A DNA stretch of 64,000 nt from an uncultured Nitrospiraceae bacterium (GTDB lineage Bacteria > Nitrospirota > Thermodesulfovibrionia > Thermodesulfovibrionales > SM23-35), in contig CAVSHB010000004.1 of NCBI GenBank assembly GCA_963727775.1, positions 128,001 to 192,000 on the forward strand. Direction: 5' to 3'. Under the pieces are notes generated by a model. It made no database searches. It was given only the letters and a program-made list of their open reading frames with translations, and was not told the DNA's origin. Below, in pieces: positions 1 to 8,754 of this stretch (the stretch's first letter is position 1; each line of letters starts with the position of its first letter). Made by a program: the position numbers and the translations under genes.

Positions 1-157
1 TTAGAAAAGAGACAAATAGCAGGGTTGCCACTACAATGGCTATCCCCTTCCATAAAAAACCAATCGCACTTAACCCGATTCTTGTAATCGTCTTTCCAAA
101 AAAAAACATGAGCACTACGATCCCTATCAATAGGGCGATTTTCTGATATTTATTCAT
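1..157 (-). CDS. Small hydrophobic membrane protein, partial (runs off window start)
   Basis: ATG at 157 opens MNKYQKIALLIGIVVLMFFFGKTITRIGLSAIGFLWKGIAIVVATLLFVSFL with no stop to position 1; co-oriented downstream of thiL. Confidence 0.5.
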   Translation of the reverse strand, partial: MNKYQKIALLIGIVVLMFFFGKTITRIGLSAIGFLWKGIAIVVATLLFVSFL

Positions 158-195
158 ATATCTTTTTACTGTCGGAACAGAACTTACTAATTATA

Positions 196-1242
196 CTATT
201 TCGAACCGCGAAAATGCTGATACCCTTCCGCAGTAAAGGGCTTCTCCCTCCCGGCTTTATCTACCAGAACCCTTTCAGATTTCGTTATCTCTCCGATATA
301 AATCCCCTTGACCTTTTTTCCAGCCTGCGCGGTAAACAAGAGCTCATAATCCTCCCCCCCCGATAAAGCCATTCTGACAGGTGGAATACCGATATGCGAA
401 GCGGCTTTCTTCAATTCATTAGAAAGCGGTATATTTTCGATATACACTCTCGCGCCCACATTACTTTCATTACAAAGTCTCGTCAGGTCTAACAAAAGAC
501 CGTCGCTGATATCGATCATTGATGTTGCTTTATGAGCAAACCCTTTCGGGTTTCTTGCTACAGGCATAAGATGCCGCCTTAGTAGGGGTTCGACTGCTGT
601 CCATAATAAGCCCTTCAAAGGCACATATCGCATGTGGTCATTACTTTGTGCTCCCTGCGCTTTATTCTTCGTTTTATTTTGTATAGGGACGGGCTTTTTA
701 ATCTTTCTCAGTAATTCAAGGCCGCAAGCCGAATCGCCAAGATTACCGGTCACATAAATACGATCGCCTGCTTTCGCCCCGCTGCGTCTTACAGGCTTGC
801 TTGCATATCCCACAAGCGTTGCCGATAAAGACATGCTTTTATGTGCAGATGATATGTCTCCTCCTATGAGTTTTATTTTATAGAAACTCATTGCCTCCTT
901 AATACCGAGAAAGAACATTTCAACAAATTTCATGTTCGTATCTTCCGGGAGGGCCATATTCAGCAGGATGTATGAGGGGGTACCGCCCATCGCGTAGATG
1001 TCGCTGACATTAACAGAGACTAATTTAAATCCAAGCTGATAAGGAGTGGTAAAGCTAAGATCAAAATGAACCTCTGCGACCATCATGTCGGTAGTCAGCA
1101 GGAGGTTGCCGGGCTCAGGTCTGATTACCGCAGCATCGTCTCCTATGCCGACGAGGATCTTTCCGGATCTTGTTGGAAAGTCCCGTCTTATCTTATCCAG
1201 GAGGGAAAGTTCGCCTATCCGGGAGAGCTTCTTTTCAGTCAT
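196..1242 (-). CDS. thiL: Thiamine-monophosphate kinase
   Basis: GIGDDAA, NVSDIYAMGG, LIGGD, DISDGL and GGEDYELLF motifs. Confidence 0.95.
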   Translation of the reverse strand: MTEKKLSRIGELSLLDKIRRDFPTRSGKILVGIGDDAAVIRPEPGNLLLTTDMMVAEVHFDLSFTTPYQLGFKLVSVNVSDIYAMGGTPSYILLNMALPEDTNMKFVEMFFLGIKEAMSFYKIKLIGGDISSAHKSMSLSATLVGYASKPVRRSGAKAGDRIYVTGNLGDSACGLELLRKIKKPVPIQNKTKNKAQGAQSNDHMRYVPLKGLLWTAVEPLLRRHLMPVARNPKGFAHKATSMIDISDGLLLDLTRLCNESNVGARVYIENIPLSNELKKAASHIGIPPVRMALSGGEDYELLFTAQAGKKVKGIYIGEITKSERVLVDKAGREKPFTAEGYQHFRGSK

Positions 1243-1261
1243 GAGCAGATGGGCATCCGCC

Positions 1262-3685
1262 TCATCTCTTTCTTTTCTTGCCGGCCTGCCCGTGATGTTC
1301 GATTTTCTTCTTTGGTTTGTTATTGCCGACCTTCTTTAAGGCGACTTTCAAAACATCATCCATCGTTTCCGCAAACACAAATTCCATATCTTTCTTGATG
1401 TATTTCGGAATGTCCTCAAGGTCTTTTTTGTTCCTCTTCGGGAGGATGATTTTATTAATTCCCATCCTCTTCGCCGCTAAGGTCTTTTCCTTCAGTCCCC
1501 CTATCGGGAGCACCCTGCCTCTCAGGGTGACCTCACCGGTCATAGCAATATTCTTGTTAACAGGCATTCCCGTAAGGGCCGATGCAATGGAAGTTGCCAT
1601 TGTAATGCCTGCTGACGGTCCATCCTTTGGGATAGCGCCTGCAGGGACATGGATATGGATGTCCGACTTTGAAAATATTTCATCATTTATTCCGAGTAGA
1701 CTTGATCTTGACCTCACATAGCTTAATGCCGCCTGGGCAGATTCCTTCATCACATCTCCAAGCTGTCCCGTAAGCGTAAGATGGCCCTTGCCTTTCATCG
1801 TCGTTGTCTCTATATAGATGATGTCTCCTCCGGTCTCCGTCCATGCAAGTCCGGTAGAAACACCGATCTCGTCTTTTTCTATTTCTTCTTCAGGAAGGTA
1901 TTTCGGGACTCCGAGATATCTGTTAATATTCTGCGTATTCACAACAAATATTTTTTCTTTGCCTTCGGCAATCTTTCTTGCAACTTTCCTGCAAAGGTGG
2001 GCTATCTCCCTTTCAAGGTTTCTTACCCCGGCTTCTCTTGTGTATTGAGAAATAAGAGTAAAAAGTCCCGGGTCCGTAATTTTCAATACCTTACCGTTGA
2101 TGCCGTGCTCATCCAACTGCTTTGGTATCAGGTAGTTCTTTGCAATCCCGAGTTTTTCTTCCGTTGTATAACCGGATAAATATAGGATCTCCATCCTGTC
2201 CCTGAGGGGTCCCGGAATCGTATCGACAAGATTGCCTGTGGTAATAAACATGACCTTTGACAGGTCAAAAGGTACCGCAAGATAGTGGTCGGCAAAGGTA
2301 TTGTTCTGTTCAGGATCAAGGACCTCAAGCAATGCCGATGACGGATCTCCCCTGAAATCCATTCCTATCTTATCTATCTCATCAAGCATGAATACCGGGT
2401 TATTTGTGCCGGCTGTTTTTATACCCTGGATTATCCTTCCGGGCAGCGAGCCGACATATGTCCTTCTATGCCCCCTGATCTCCGCCTCATCCCTGACCCC
2501 TCCTAAAGACATGCGGATAAATTCTCTTCCCAAGGCCCGCGCAATGGATTTTCCAAGCGAAGTCTTTCCCACACCCGGGGGGCCAATAAAACAAAGTATG
2601 GGGCCTTTCATTTTTTCTTTTAACTTGCGGACGCTGAGATACTCTAAAATCCGCTCCTTGACCTTTTCCAGGTCATAGTGATCTTCATTCAATACTTTTT
2701 CACCGGCCTTAATATCGAGATTATCAACTGTAGAGTTAGACCACGGCAGTTCAACCAGCCAGTCGAGATATGTGCGTACAGTTCCTGCTTCCGCACTGTC
2801 AGGATGCATCTTTTCGAGTCGTTTAAGCTGCTTCTCAGCCTCTTTCAAGACCTTCTCGGGCATCTTTGCATCTTCAATCTTTTTCCTGAATTCCTTTATC
2901 TCTTCCGCCCTTTCATCGATGTCGCCGAGCTCTTTCTGTATTGCCTTGAGCTGTTCTCTCAGGAAATATTCACGCTGGGTCTTGTCGATCTCACCTCTGG
3001 CCTCAGATTGTATCTTCTGCTGAACAGTCAGGAGTTCAATCTCTCTTGATAATATCTCACTGACCCTCTTCAGTCTCCGCATAGGTTCTGCTATTTCAAG
3101 CATTTCCTGAGACTGTTCTGCTTTTAGCCCGATATTTGAGGCTATAAGGTCAGCCAGCCTTCCAGGCTCTTCAATATTTTCTATGACCCCCATTATGTCC
3201 GGCAGGATAGACTTGCCGAGAGAAACAACTTTTTCCATTTGTCCCTTAGTAGTCCTAACCTGTGCCTCATCCTCTATAGTGAGCTTTTCGTGTTTTTTGT
3301 CCTCTATCTTTTCTATATTCGCTTTAAAAAACGGCTCGGTCTGAGAGTAATCCAATGCTTTTGCCTTACTTAAACCCTGTACAAGTATCTTTACCCTTCC
3401 GTCAGGCAGTTTCAGCATCCTCATTACCAAAGCAACCGTGCCGACAGAAAAAAGATCCGCAGGAGTTGGATTTTCGACATTCAGGTCCTTTTGTGTAAGA
3501 AGCAGGACCATGCGGTTCGAACTGAGGGAATACTCGATAGCTTTTATAGAAACCTCCCTTCCTACAAACAAAGGCAATATCATGTAAGGGAATACGACAA
3601 TGTCCCTCACCGGCAGTACGGGCAAGTTATCGGGTATTTCTATTTCCTTATCGATTTTCTGCTCTGCATCCATTACATCAACCAT
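1262..3685 (-). CDS. lon: ATP-dependent Lon protease
   Basis: LON N-domain, Walker A GPPGVGKTS, catalytic Ser motif PKDGPSAG, IGGLKEK. Confidence 0.97.
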   Translation of the reverse strand: MVDVMDAEQKIDKEIEIPDNLPVLPVRDIVVFPYMILPLFVGREVSIKAIEYSLSSNRMVLLLTQKDLNVENPTPADLFSVGTVALVMRMLKLPDGRVKILVQGLSKAKALDYSQTEPFFKANIEKIEDKKHEKLTIEDEAQVRTTKGQMEKVVSLGKSILPDIMGVIENIEEPGRLADLIASNIGLKAEQSQEMLEIAEPMRRLKRVSEILSREIELLTVQQKIQSEARGEIDKTQREYFLREQLKAIQKELGDIDERAEEIKEFRKKIEDAKMPEKVLKEAEKQLKRLEKMHPDSAEAGTVRTYLDWLVELPWSNSTVDNLDIKAGEKVLNEDHYDLEKVKERILEYLSVRKLKEKMKGPILCFIGPPGVGKTSLGKSIARALGREFIRMSLGGVRDEAEIRGHRRTYVGSLPGRIIQGIKTAGTNNPVFMLDEIDKIGMDFRGDPSSALLEVLDPEQNNTFADHYLAVPFDLSKVMFITTGNLVDTIPGPLRDRMEILYLSGYTTEEKLGIAKNYLIPKQLDEHGINGKVLKITDPGLFTLISQYTREAGVRNLEREIAHLCRKVARKIAEGKEKIFVVNTQNINRYLGVPKYLPEEEIEKDEIGVSTGLAWTETGGDIIYIETTTMKGKGHLTLTGQLGDVMKESAQAALSYVRSRSSLLGINDEIFSKSDIHIHVPAGAIPKDGPSAGITMATSIASALTGMPVNKNIAMTGEVTLRGRVLPIGGLKEKTLAAKRMGINKIILPKRNKKDLEDIPKYIKKDMEFVFAETMDDVLKVALKKVGNNKPKKKIEHHGQAGKKRKR

Positions 3686-3700
3686 CTTGACTCCCCTATT

Positions 3701-4579
3701 TTAATTTTTGATTTTTTTTGCAACTTCAATAATATATTCTTTAAACTGAGGTGAAACCTTCGGGTTCTTCAATGCCAAATCCACGGTTGCCTTGAGATAA
3801 CCCAATTTATCTCCGGCGTCATACCTTTTACCCGTAAAAAGATACCCATATATCTGACGCTTTTTCAGCAACCCTCTCAGCGCGTCCGTCAACTGTATCT
3901 CCCCGCCTTTGCCGGGCCCGACACCTTCAAGCGCCTCAAAGATGTCAGGTGTTAAAATATACCTGCCTATTATCGCCATATCCGATGGCGCGCTTTCCTG
4001 TGAAGGCTTTTCCACAAGATCGTTGATCCTGTAAACATTGTCCTTTTCTTTGGTCCCGTCGATCACACCGTATTTATGCACATCTTCCATAGGAACCTTT
4101 TCCAGTGCAAGGATAGGTGTATTCAATTCCTTATAAAGGCTGATCATTTCCCTGAGCAATGAAGTATCCGGGTCGATAATATCATCACTCAGAAGGACCG
4201 CAAAAGGCTCGTCTTTTACAAACGGCTTGGCGCAATATATTGCATGGCCGAGACCCAAAGCTTCTCTCTGCCTGATATAGGCAAAATTCAGTTTGTTCAG
4301 CCTGTTGATCTCTTCGAGAAGCAATTTCTTGCCTGACTTTTTCAGACTTTCCTCGAGTTTGAAAGCGGAATCGAAATGGTCTTCTATCGCCCTCTTGTTT
4401 TTTCCGGTGATTATGATAAATTCATCTATCCCGCACTCATGCGCCTCTTCGACAGCATACTGAATCATCGGCTTGTCGACGATAGGGAGCATCTCCTTCG
4501 GAGACGCCTTTGTAGCCGGAAGAAACCTTGTACCGAGACCCCCGGCAGGCAATATGGCTTTTCTGATTACTTTTCCCAT
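3701..4579 (-). CDS. galU: UTP--glucose-1-phosphate uridylyltransferase
   Basis: GGLGTRFLPATKASPKEMLPIVDKP, LGLGHA, VEKP, GGEIQLTDA. Confidence 0.96.
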   Translation of the reverse strand: MGKVIRKAILPAGGLGTRFLPATKASPKEMLPIVDKPMIQYAVEEAHECGIDEFIIITGKNKRAIEDHFDSAFKLEESLKKSGKKLLLEEINRLNKLNFAYIRQREALGLGHAIYCAKPFVKDEPFAVLLSDDIIDPDTSLLREMISLYKELNTPILALEKVPMEDVHKYGVIDGTKEKDNVYRINDLVEKPSQESAPSDMAIIGRYILTPDIFEALEGVGPGKGGEIQLTDALRGLLKKRQIYGYLFTGKRYDAGDKLGYLKATVDLALKNPKVSPQFKEYIIEVAKKIKN

Positions 4580-4657
4580 ACTATCATTTCATTTAATTAA
4601 GTTAATAATACATAAGTATCCCTGATAATTCAAGAAACGTTGAGGATGTGAGTAAAT

Positions 4658-4684
4658 TGGATACCCGCCTGCGCGGGAATGACA
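4658..4684. repeat. REP/dRS3-like palindromic half-element
   Basis: TGGATACCC-GCCTGCGC-GGGAATGACA resembles the ATTCCC-N8-GGGAATGAC repeat class; single copy in the window. Confidence 0.5.
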
Positions 4685-4777
4685 TACAAAGAACCAAGGA
4701 AATGGGGGAACTACCGTTCTTCCTTCAGGATTGACAATTTTACTCTGAACAGTTTAGACTTTTTCCGAAGGACAACT

Positions 4778-5074
4778 ATGCAATTACTGATTATTCTAAT
4801 TTGGCTCTCTGCGATCTTCGTAATTTTCTTTGCGTTCTATAAAGCTTTAACTTTGAGAAAAAAAATTCCCGGAGGACTTGTCAGGAAATCCTGGACACTT
4901 CTTTATTACCTTATAGGTCTTTTAGCGGTAGGATATCTCACCATACCGTTATTTCCCGATTTGCCGGAAACATCGAGAAACCTTATCGTCGGAATTATTT
5001 CATTGGCAGGGGCGATCTTCATCGTGAAAGTTCTCAATCTCTTTTATAAGATAATAAAAGAAGTAGGACTGTAA
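4778..5074 (+). CDS. Small three-TM membrane protein (hypothetical)
   Basis: AAGGA then ATG at 4778; three hydrophobic segments; 10 nt upstream of the PilZ gene. Confidence 0.65.
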   Translation: MQLLIILIWLSAIFVIFFAFYKALTLRKKIPGGLVRKSWTLLYYLIGLLAVGYLTIPLFPDLPETSRNLIVGIISLAGAIFIVKVLNLFYKIIKEVGL

Positions 5075-5084
5075 CTCATGTATT

Positions 5085-5645
5085 ATGAACGCCAAAGACC
5101 ATTTAAAAAAGATTATTAGTGAACGATTGGGCGAGAATGCCAGCACTATTTTCATAAATAGGACTTTGGAGATCATAAACGAAGCAGCTGAGAGTAAAGA
5201 GAGTTTGTTATCCGCTGCCGATAAGGTCAACAAAAGGATTGCCTTATTCATCGATGAAGATCTGTCAAAAAAGGTATTTGATATCCTCAATGCAGAGATT
5301 GCAAACATCTCCTCACCGTCAGGTACCAGAAGAAGATACGCGAGAGTTGTCTTATCAAACAAAGTATACGTAACCTATAAGGGTAACACTCATGAACTAT
5401 ACACCGGTAACCTCTCGGAAGGAGGGATGTATATCAAAACAACAACCCCTTTCCCCGTTGGTGCTGAAGTAGGAATAAGGCTGCTGCTGGAAACGGTAGG
5501 GGATATCCATATGAAAGGCGTCGTCATGAATATTCAACGTCCTGTCGATCATCGGGCCGGCATGGGAATCGCGTTCAAAGAAATCAAGAATGATGCTCAG
5601 GCGGCATTAAGGGACTTCATAAAGAAAGCGCTAACAATCTCCTAA
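5085..5645 (+). CDS. PilZ-domain (c-di-GMP receptor) protein
   Basis: RxxxR (RRRYAR) and NxSxGG (NLSEGG) motifs, C-terminal GMGIAF. Confidence 0.85.
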   Translation: MNAKDHLKKIISERLGENASTIFINRTLEIINEAAESKESLLSAADKVNKRIALFIDEDLSKKVFDILNAEIANISSPSGTRRRYARVVLSNKVYVTYKGNTHELYTGNLSEGGMYIKTTTPFPVGAEVGIRLLLETVGDIHMKGVVMNIQRPVDHRAGMGIAFKEIKNDAQAALRDFIKKALTIS

Positions 5646-5705
5646 CACCCTTTTCACTGGAAAAATCTTTCTAAATCAACCACTTAAAATAATCTCAGTT
5701 TTTCC

Positions 5706-5760
5706 TTGACATACACAATATATTGTGGTTTAATTTCATGGTAAATACTACTTATTGTTA
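5706..5760 (+). promoter_or_regulatory. Sigma70 promoter overlapped by tandem NrdR boxes
   Basis: TTGACA 5706-5711; ACACAATATATTGTGG 5713-5728 matches the NrdR consensus acaCwAtATaTwGtgt; weaker box ATACTACTTATTGTTA 5745-5760 lies 32 bp downstream; upstream of nrdJ. Confidence 0.8.
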
Positions 5761-5791
5761 CAATAGAGCAGGAAAAAGGAGAATATTTTTT

Positions 5792-5950
5792 ATGGAACAG
5801 TGCAAGGGCTTTGATGACTGGCTTGAATGTCTTAAATGTCCGAAGTTATGCACAAAAACCTGCCCCATAGAAGGAGAAGATGTTATTGAAAAAATGCAAA
5901 GACAACTGCGCATTCATTCTTTATGCTCAACAAAACAGAAAAAGGAATAA
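5792..5950 (+). CDS. Small Cys-rich protein (52 aa) upstream of nrdJ
   Basis: AGGAG RBS at 5777; MEQCKGFDDWLECLKCPKLCTKTCP... has a CxxCxxxCxxxCP pattern. Confidence 0.55.
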   Translation: MEQCKGFDDWLECLKCPKLCTKTCPIEGEDVIEKMQRQLRIHSLCSTKQKKE

Positions 5951-6012
5951 ATACATTTAAAATTTAAATAGACAAGAAACGTAATTTTACAAAAATTAAA
6001 AAAGGGGGAGAC

Positions 6013-8235
6013 ATGGAAGCAATAAGTAGTTTTAGCCTATCATCGAATGCCTTAAAGGTCCTTGAAAAGAGATATCTAAAAAAGGACGAGGAAGGCAAGG
6101 TGGTCGAGAGGCCCGAGGATCTCTTCACAAGAGTAGCAAGAAGCGTCGCCGCTGCAGATCTGCAATACGGAAAATCTCTTGAAGAAGTCGGGACATTGGA
6201 GAAAGATTTTAACCGGATGCTGACCTCTCTGGCATTTCTTCCTAATAGCCCCACTATCATGAATGCGGGAAGGAGACTCGGGCAGTTGAGCGCCTGCTTC
6301 GTCCTTCCGGTAGATGATTCCATGGAGTCCATATTCGACGCGGTAAAATATACCGCGATCATCCATAAATCCGGCGGTGGAACGGGGTTCAGTTTTTCCA
6401 GGCTGAGACCTAACGGGGATATCGTAGGTTCGACAAAGGGCATCTCATCGGGACCCGTATCTTTCATGACCGTCTTTGACACAGCCACGGAAGCCGTTAA
6501 ACAGGGCGGCACGAGAAGAGGCGCTAATATGGGAATGCTGAGGGTTGACCACCCCGACATCCTCAATTTCATTACATGCAAGGACGATAACACGAAATTC
6601 AACAACTTTAATATCTCTGTTGCGCTCACCGACGAGTTTATGCAGGCGGTCGAAGAAGACAAGTCCTATGACCTTATCAACCCGAGGACGAAGAAGGTGA
6701 CACAAACCTTAAAGGCAAAGGACGTCTTTCACCTTATTGTGGAGCACGCCTGGAGAAACGGCGAACCTGGAATCGTCTTTATCGACAGGGTCAATGCCTC
6801 AAACCCTACCCCTAAAATCGGAAAGATAGAATCAACCAACCCGTGCGGTGAACAGCCTTTGCTGCCCTATGAATCCTGCAACCTCGGTTCGATCAATCTC
6901 GCAAGGATGGTGAAGACCGAAACAAAAGAAATTGATTGGGAAAAGCTCAAAGACACGACGCGGAAAGCAGTGCATTTTCTCGATAATGTCATAGACATCA
7001 ATAAATACCCTTTGCCTAAAATAGAGGAAATGACAAAGTCAAACAGAAAGATCGGCCTGGGTGTGATGGGATGGGCGGATATGCTCATCCAGCTCGGAAT
7101 CCCCTACAATTCCGAAAAGGCGGTGAACCTCGCGGAAGATGTAATGGGGTTCATCCAGAAGGAGGGGAAAGAAGCCTCGTCCGCACTTGCCGGAGAACGC
7201 GGTGTCTTCCGGAATTATGCAGGGAGCATCTATGACGGGAAGACACCTCTGAGGAACGCGACCATCACGACTATCGCACCTACAGGCACCCTCTCGATCA
7301 TAGCGGGCTGTTCATCGGGGATAGAACCTCTCTTTGCGGTATCTTTTGTAAGAACCGTAATGGAAGGCACAAAACTTATAGAGATAAACCCTTATTTTGA
7401 AAAGGTCGCAAAAGAACGCGGGTTCTGGTCCAGGGAACTCATGGAGAGGATCGCGGACAGGGGATCTGTGCAGGACTTCGATGAAATCCCTTCCGATATT
7501 AAAGCCGTATTTGTAACAGCCCACGATATTACCCCCGCAGAGCATATAACCATGCAGGCCGCGTTCCAGAAATTCATTGACAACGCAGTCTCTAAGACCG
7601 TGAATTTCCCTCACAGGGCAACGCCGAAAGATGTAGAGGATGTCTATCTTCTCGCATACAAACTCGGATGCAAGGGAGTTACCGTTTACAGGGACGGATC
7701 GAGGGAACAGCAGGTACTTACGAGAGGCACAAAGACCGAAAAGCAACAGCCTTCTGATGCGAGGCAGAAGATCGTGCCTAAGAAAAGACCTGATGTCATA
7801 AAGGGGACAACAAGACTTATGATAACCGGCTGCGGCAGACTCTACGTTACTATCAATGAGGATGAACAGGGACATCTCTTTGAACTCTTCACTTCCATGG
7901 GAAAGGCGGGCGGATGCGCGGCAAGCCAGTCAGAGGCGATCGGGAGGCTCGCGTCTTTGGCATTCAGGTCGAATGTAGAACCCGAAGAAGTTATAAAACA
8001 ACTAAAGGGCATCTCATGCCACTCACCCATATGGCATGAGGGCGGAAGAATTCTATCCTGCTCCGATGCCATCGCAAGGGCACTCGAAAAATATCACACA
8101 AAAGGTGTCAAAGGCAACGGAGACAGCCATAAAGTCACCATGATCATGGGCGCATGCCCTGAATGCGGCGGCGCAGTCGAGCAGGAAGGCGGATGCGCGG
8201 TATGCCATAACTGCGGATTCACCCGGTGCGGTTAG
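6013..8235 (+). CDS. nrdJ: Class II (adenosylcobalamin-dependent) ribonucleotide reductase with C-terminal TSCPD/Zn-ribbon domain
   Basis: PNSPT, QLSACFV, TNPCGEQPL, IAPTGT, GVTVYRDGSR, SCSDAI and CPECG...CHNCG motifs; no N-terminal ATP cone. Confidence 0.95.
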   Translation: MEAISSFSLSSNALKVLEKRYLKKDEEGKVVERPEDLFTRVARSVAAADLQYGKSLEEVGTLEKDFNRMLTSLAFLPNSPTIMNAGRRLGQLSACFVLPVDDSMESIFDAVKYTAIIHKSGGGTGFSFSRLRPNGDIVGSTKGISSGPVSFMTVFDTATEAVKQGGTRRGANMGMLRVDHPDILNFITCKDDNTKFNNFNISVALTDEFMQAVEEDKSYDLINPRTKKVTQTLKAKDVFHLIVEHAWRNGEPGIVFIDRVNASNPTPKIGKIESTNPCGEQPLLPYESCNLGSINLARMVKTETKEIDWEKLKDTTRKAVHFLDNVIDINKYPLPKIEEMTKSNRKIGLGVMGWADMLIQLGIPYNSEKAVNLAEDVMGFIQKEGKEASSALAGERGVFRNYAGSIYDGKTPLRNATITTIAPTGTLSIIAGCSSGIEPLFAVSFVRTVMEGTKLIEINPYFEKVAKERGFWSRELMERIADRGSVQDFDEIPSDIKAVFVTAHDITPAEHITMQAAFQKFIDNAVSKTVNFPHRATPKDVEDVYLLAYKLGCKGVTVYRDGSREQQVLTRGTKTEKQQPSDARQKIVPKKRPDVIKGTTRLMITGCGRLYVTINEDEQGHLFELFTSMGKAGGCAASQSEAIGRLASLAFRSNVEPEEVIKQLKGISCHSPIWHEGGRILSCSDAIARALEKYHTKGVKGNGDSHKVTMIMGACPECGGAVEQEGGCAVCHNCGFTRCG

Positions 8236-8279
8236 TGGTATAAATATGTAAAGTTATAAGCAAGCCTTTCTTTATCCTC

Positions 8280-8314
8280 AGAACCCCCCAAGGAAATAAA
8301 TCTTAGGGGGTTCT
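8280..8314 (+). terminator. Hairpin after nrdJ (probable terminator)
   Basis: AGAACCCCC(C)AAG-loop-CTT(A)GGGGGTTCT followed by TGCTTT. Confidence 0.55.
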
Positions 8315-8375
8315 TGCTTTCGGCTTCTGTAAATAAATGGACTGAGGCCAAATCCAGCGATAGCAAATGTTTTAT

Positions 8376-8418
8376 ATATGTAAAATAAGTAACAAAATAT
8401 GTAATATGAGTAACAAAA
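8376..8418 (+). promoter_or_regulatory. 21-bp-period direct repeat, candidate activator site
   Basis: ATATGTAAAATAAGTAACAAAA / ATATGTAATATGAGTAACAAAA about 220 bp upstream of a sigma54 motif. Confidence 0.35.
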
Positions 8419-8629
8419 GAAGTCATAATAATTAACAAACTTATCGTAGCGGTGTCATAAAAAAAATCGTCAAGCCGATGAATAATAAAGGCAATAGGAT
8501 TTGAGCATCTGTTTTTTGTTCACAACTAATTGATTTAAATATGTTTTTCAGATTTACGCTTAAAATTGAATTTACTTACCTCAACAGACAAGAAAAATAC
8601 CGGCATCCGGCGTGATCTATCCAGATTTG

Positions 8630-8645
8630 GGGCATAATAATTGCA
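8630..8645 (+). promoter_or_regulatory. Sigma54 (-24/-12) promoter of the giant surface protein gene
   Basis: GGGCATAATAATTGCA: GG at 8631-32, N10, GC at 8643-44; close to the TGGCAC-N5-TTGC consensus. Confidence 0.65.
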
Positions 8646-8683
8646 TCATATAATAATGATGTATAGCATTAAGAATTTAAATT

Positions 8684-8717
8684 ATATATAATATATAATA
8701 TATAATATATAATATAT
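8684..8717 (+). repeat. (ATATATA)x~5 tandem repeat in the presumed 5' UTR
   Basis: Four full and one partial 7-bp units between the sigma54 motif and the AAGGGAG RBS. Confidence 0.85.
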
Positions 8718-8754
8718 CTTTCACCTAATATATAGATGAAAGAAGGGAGAATTT

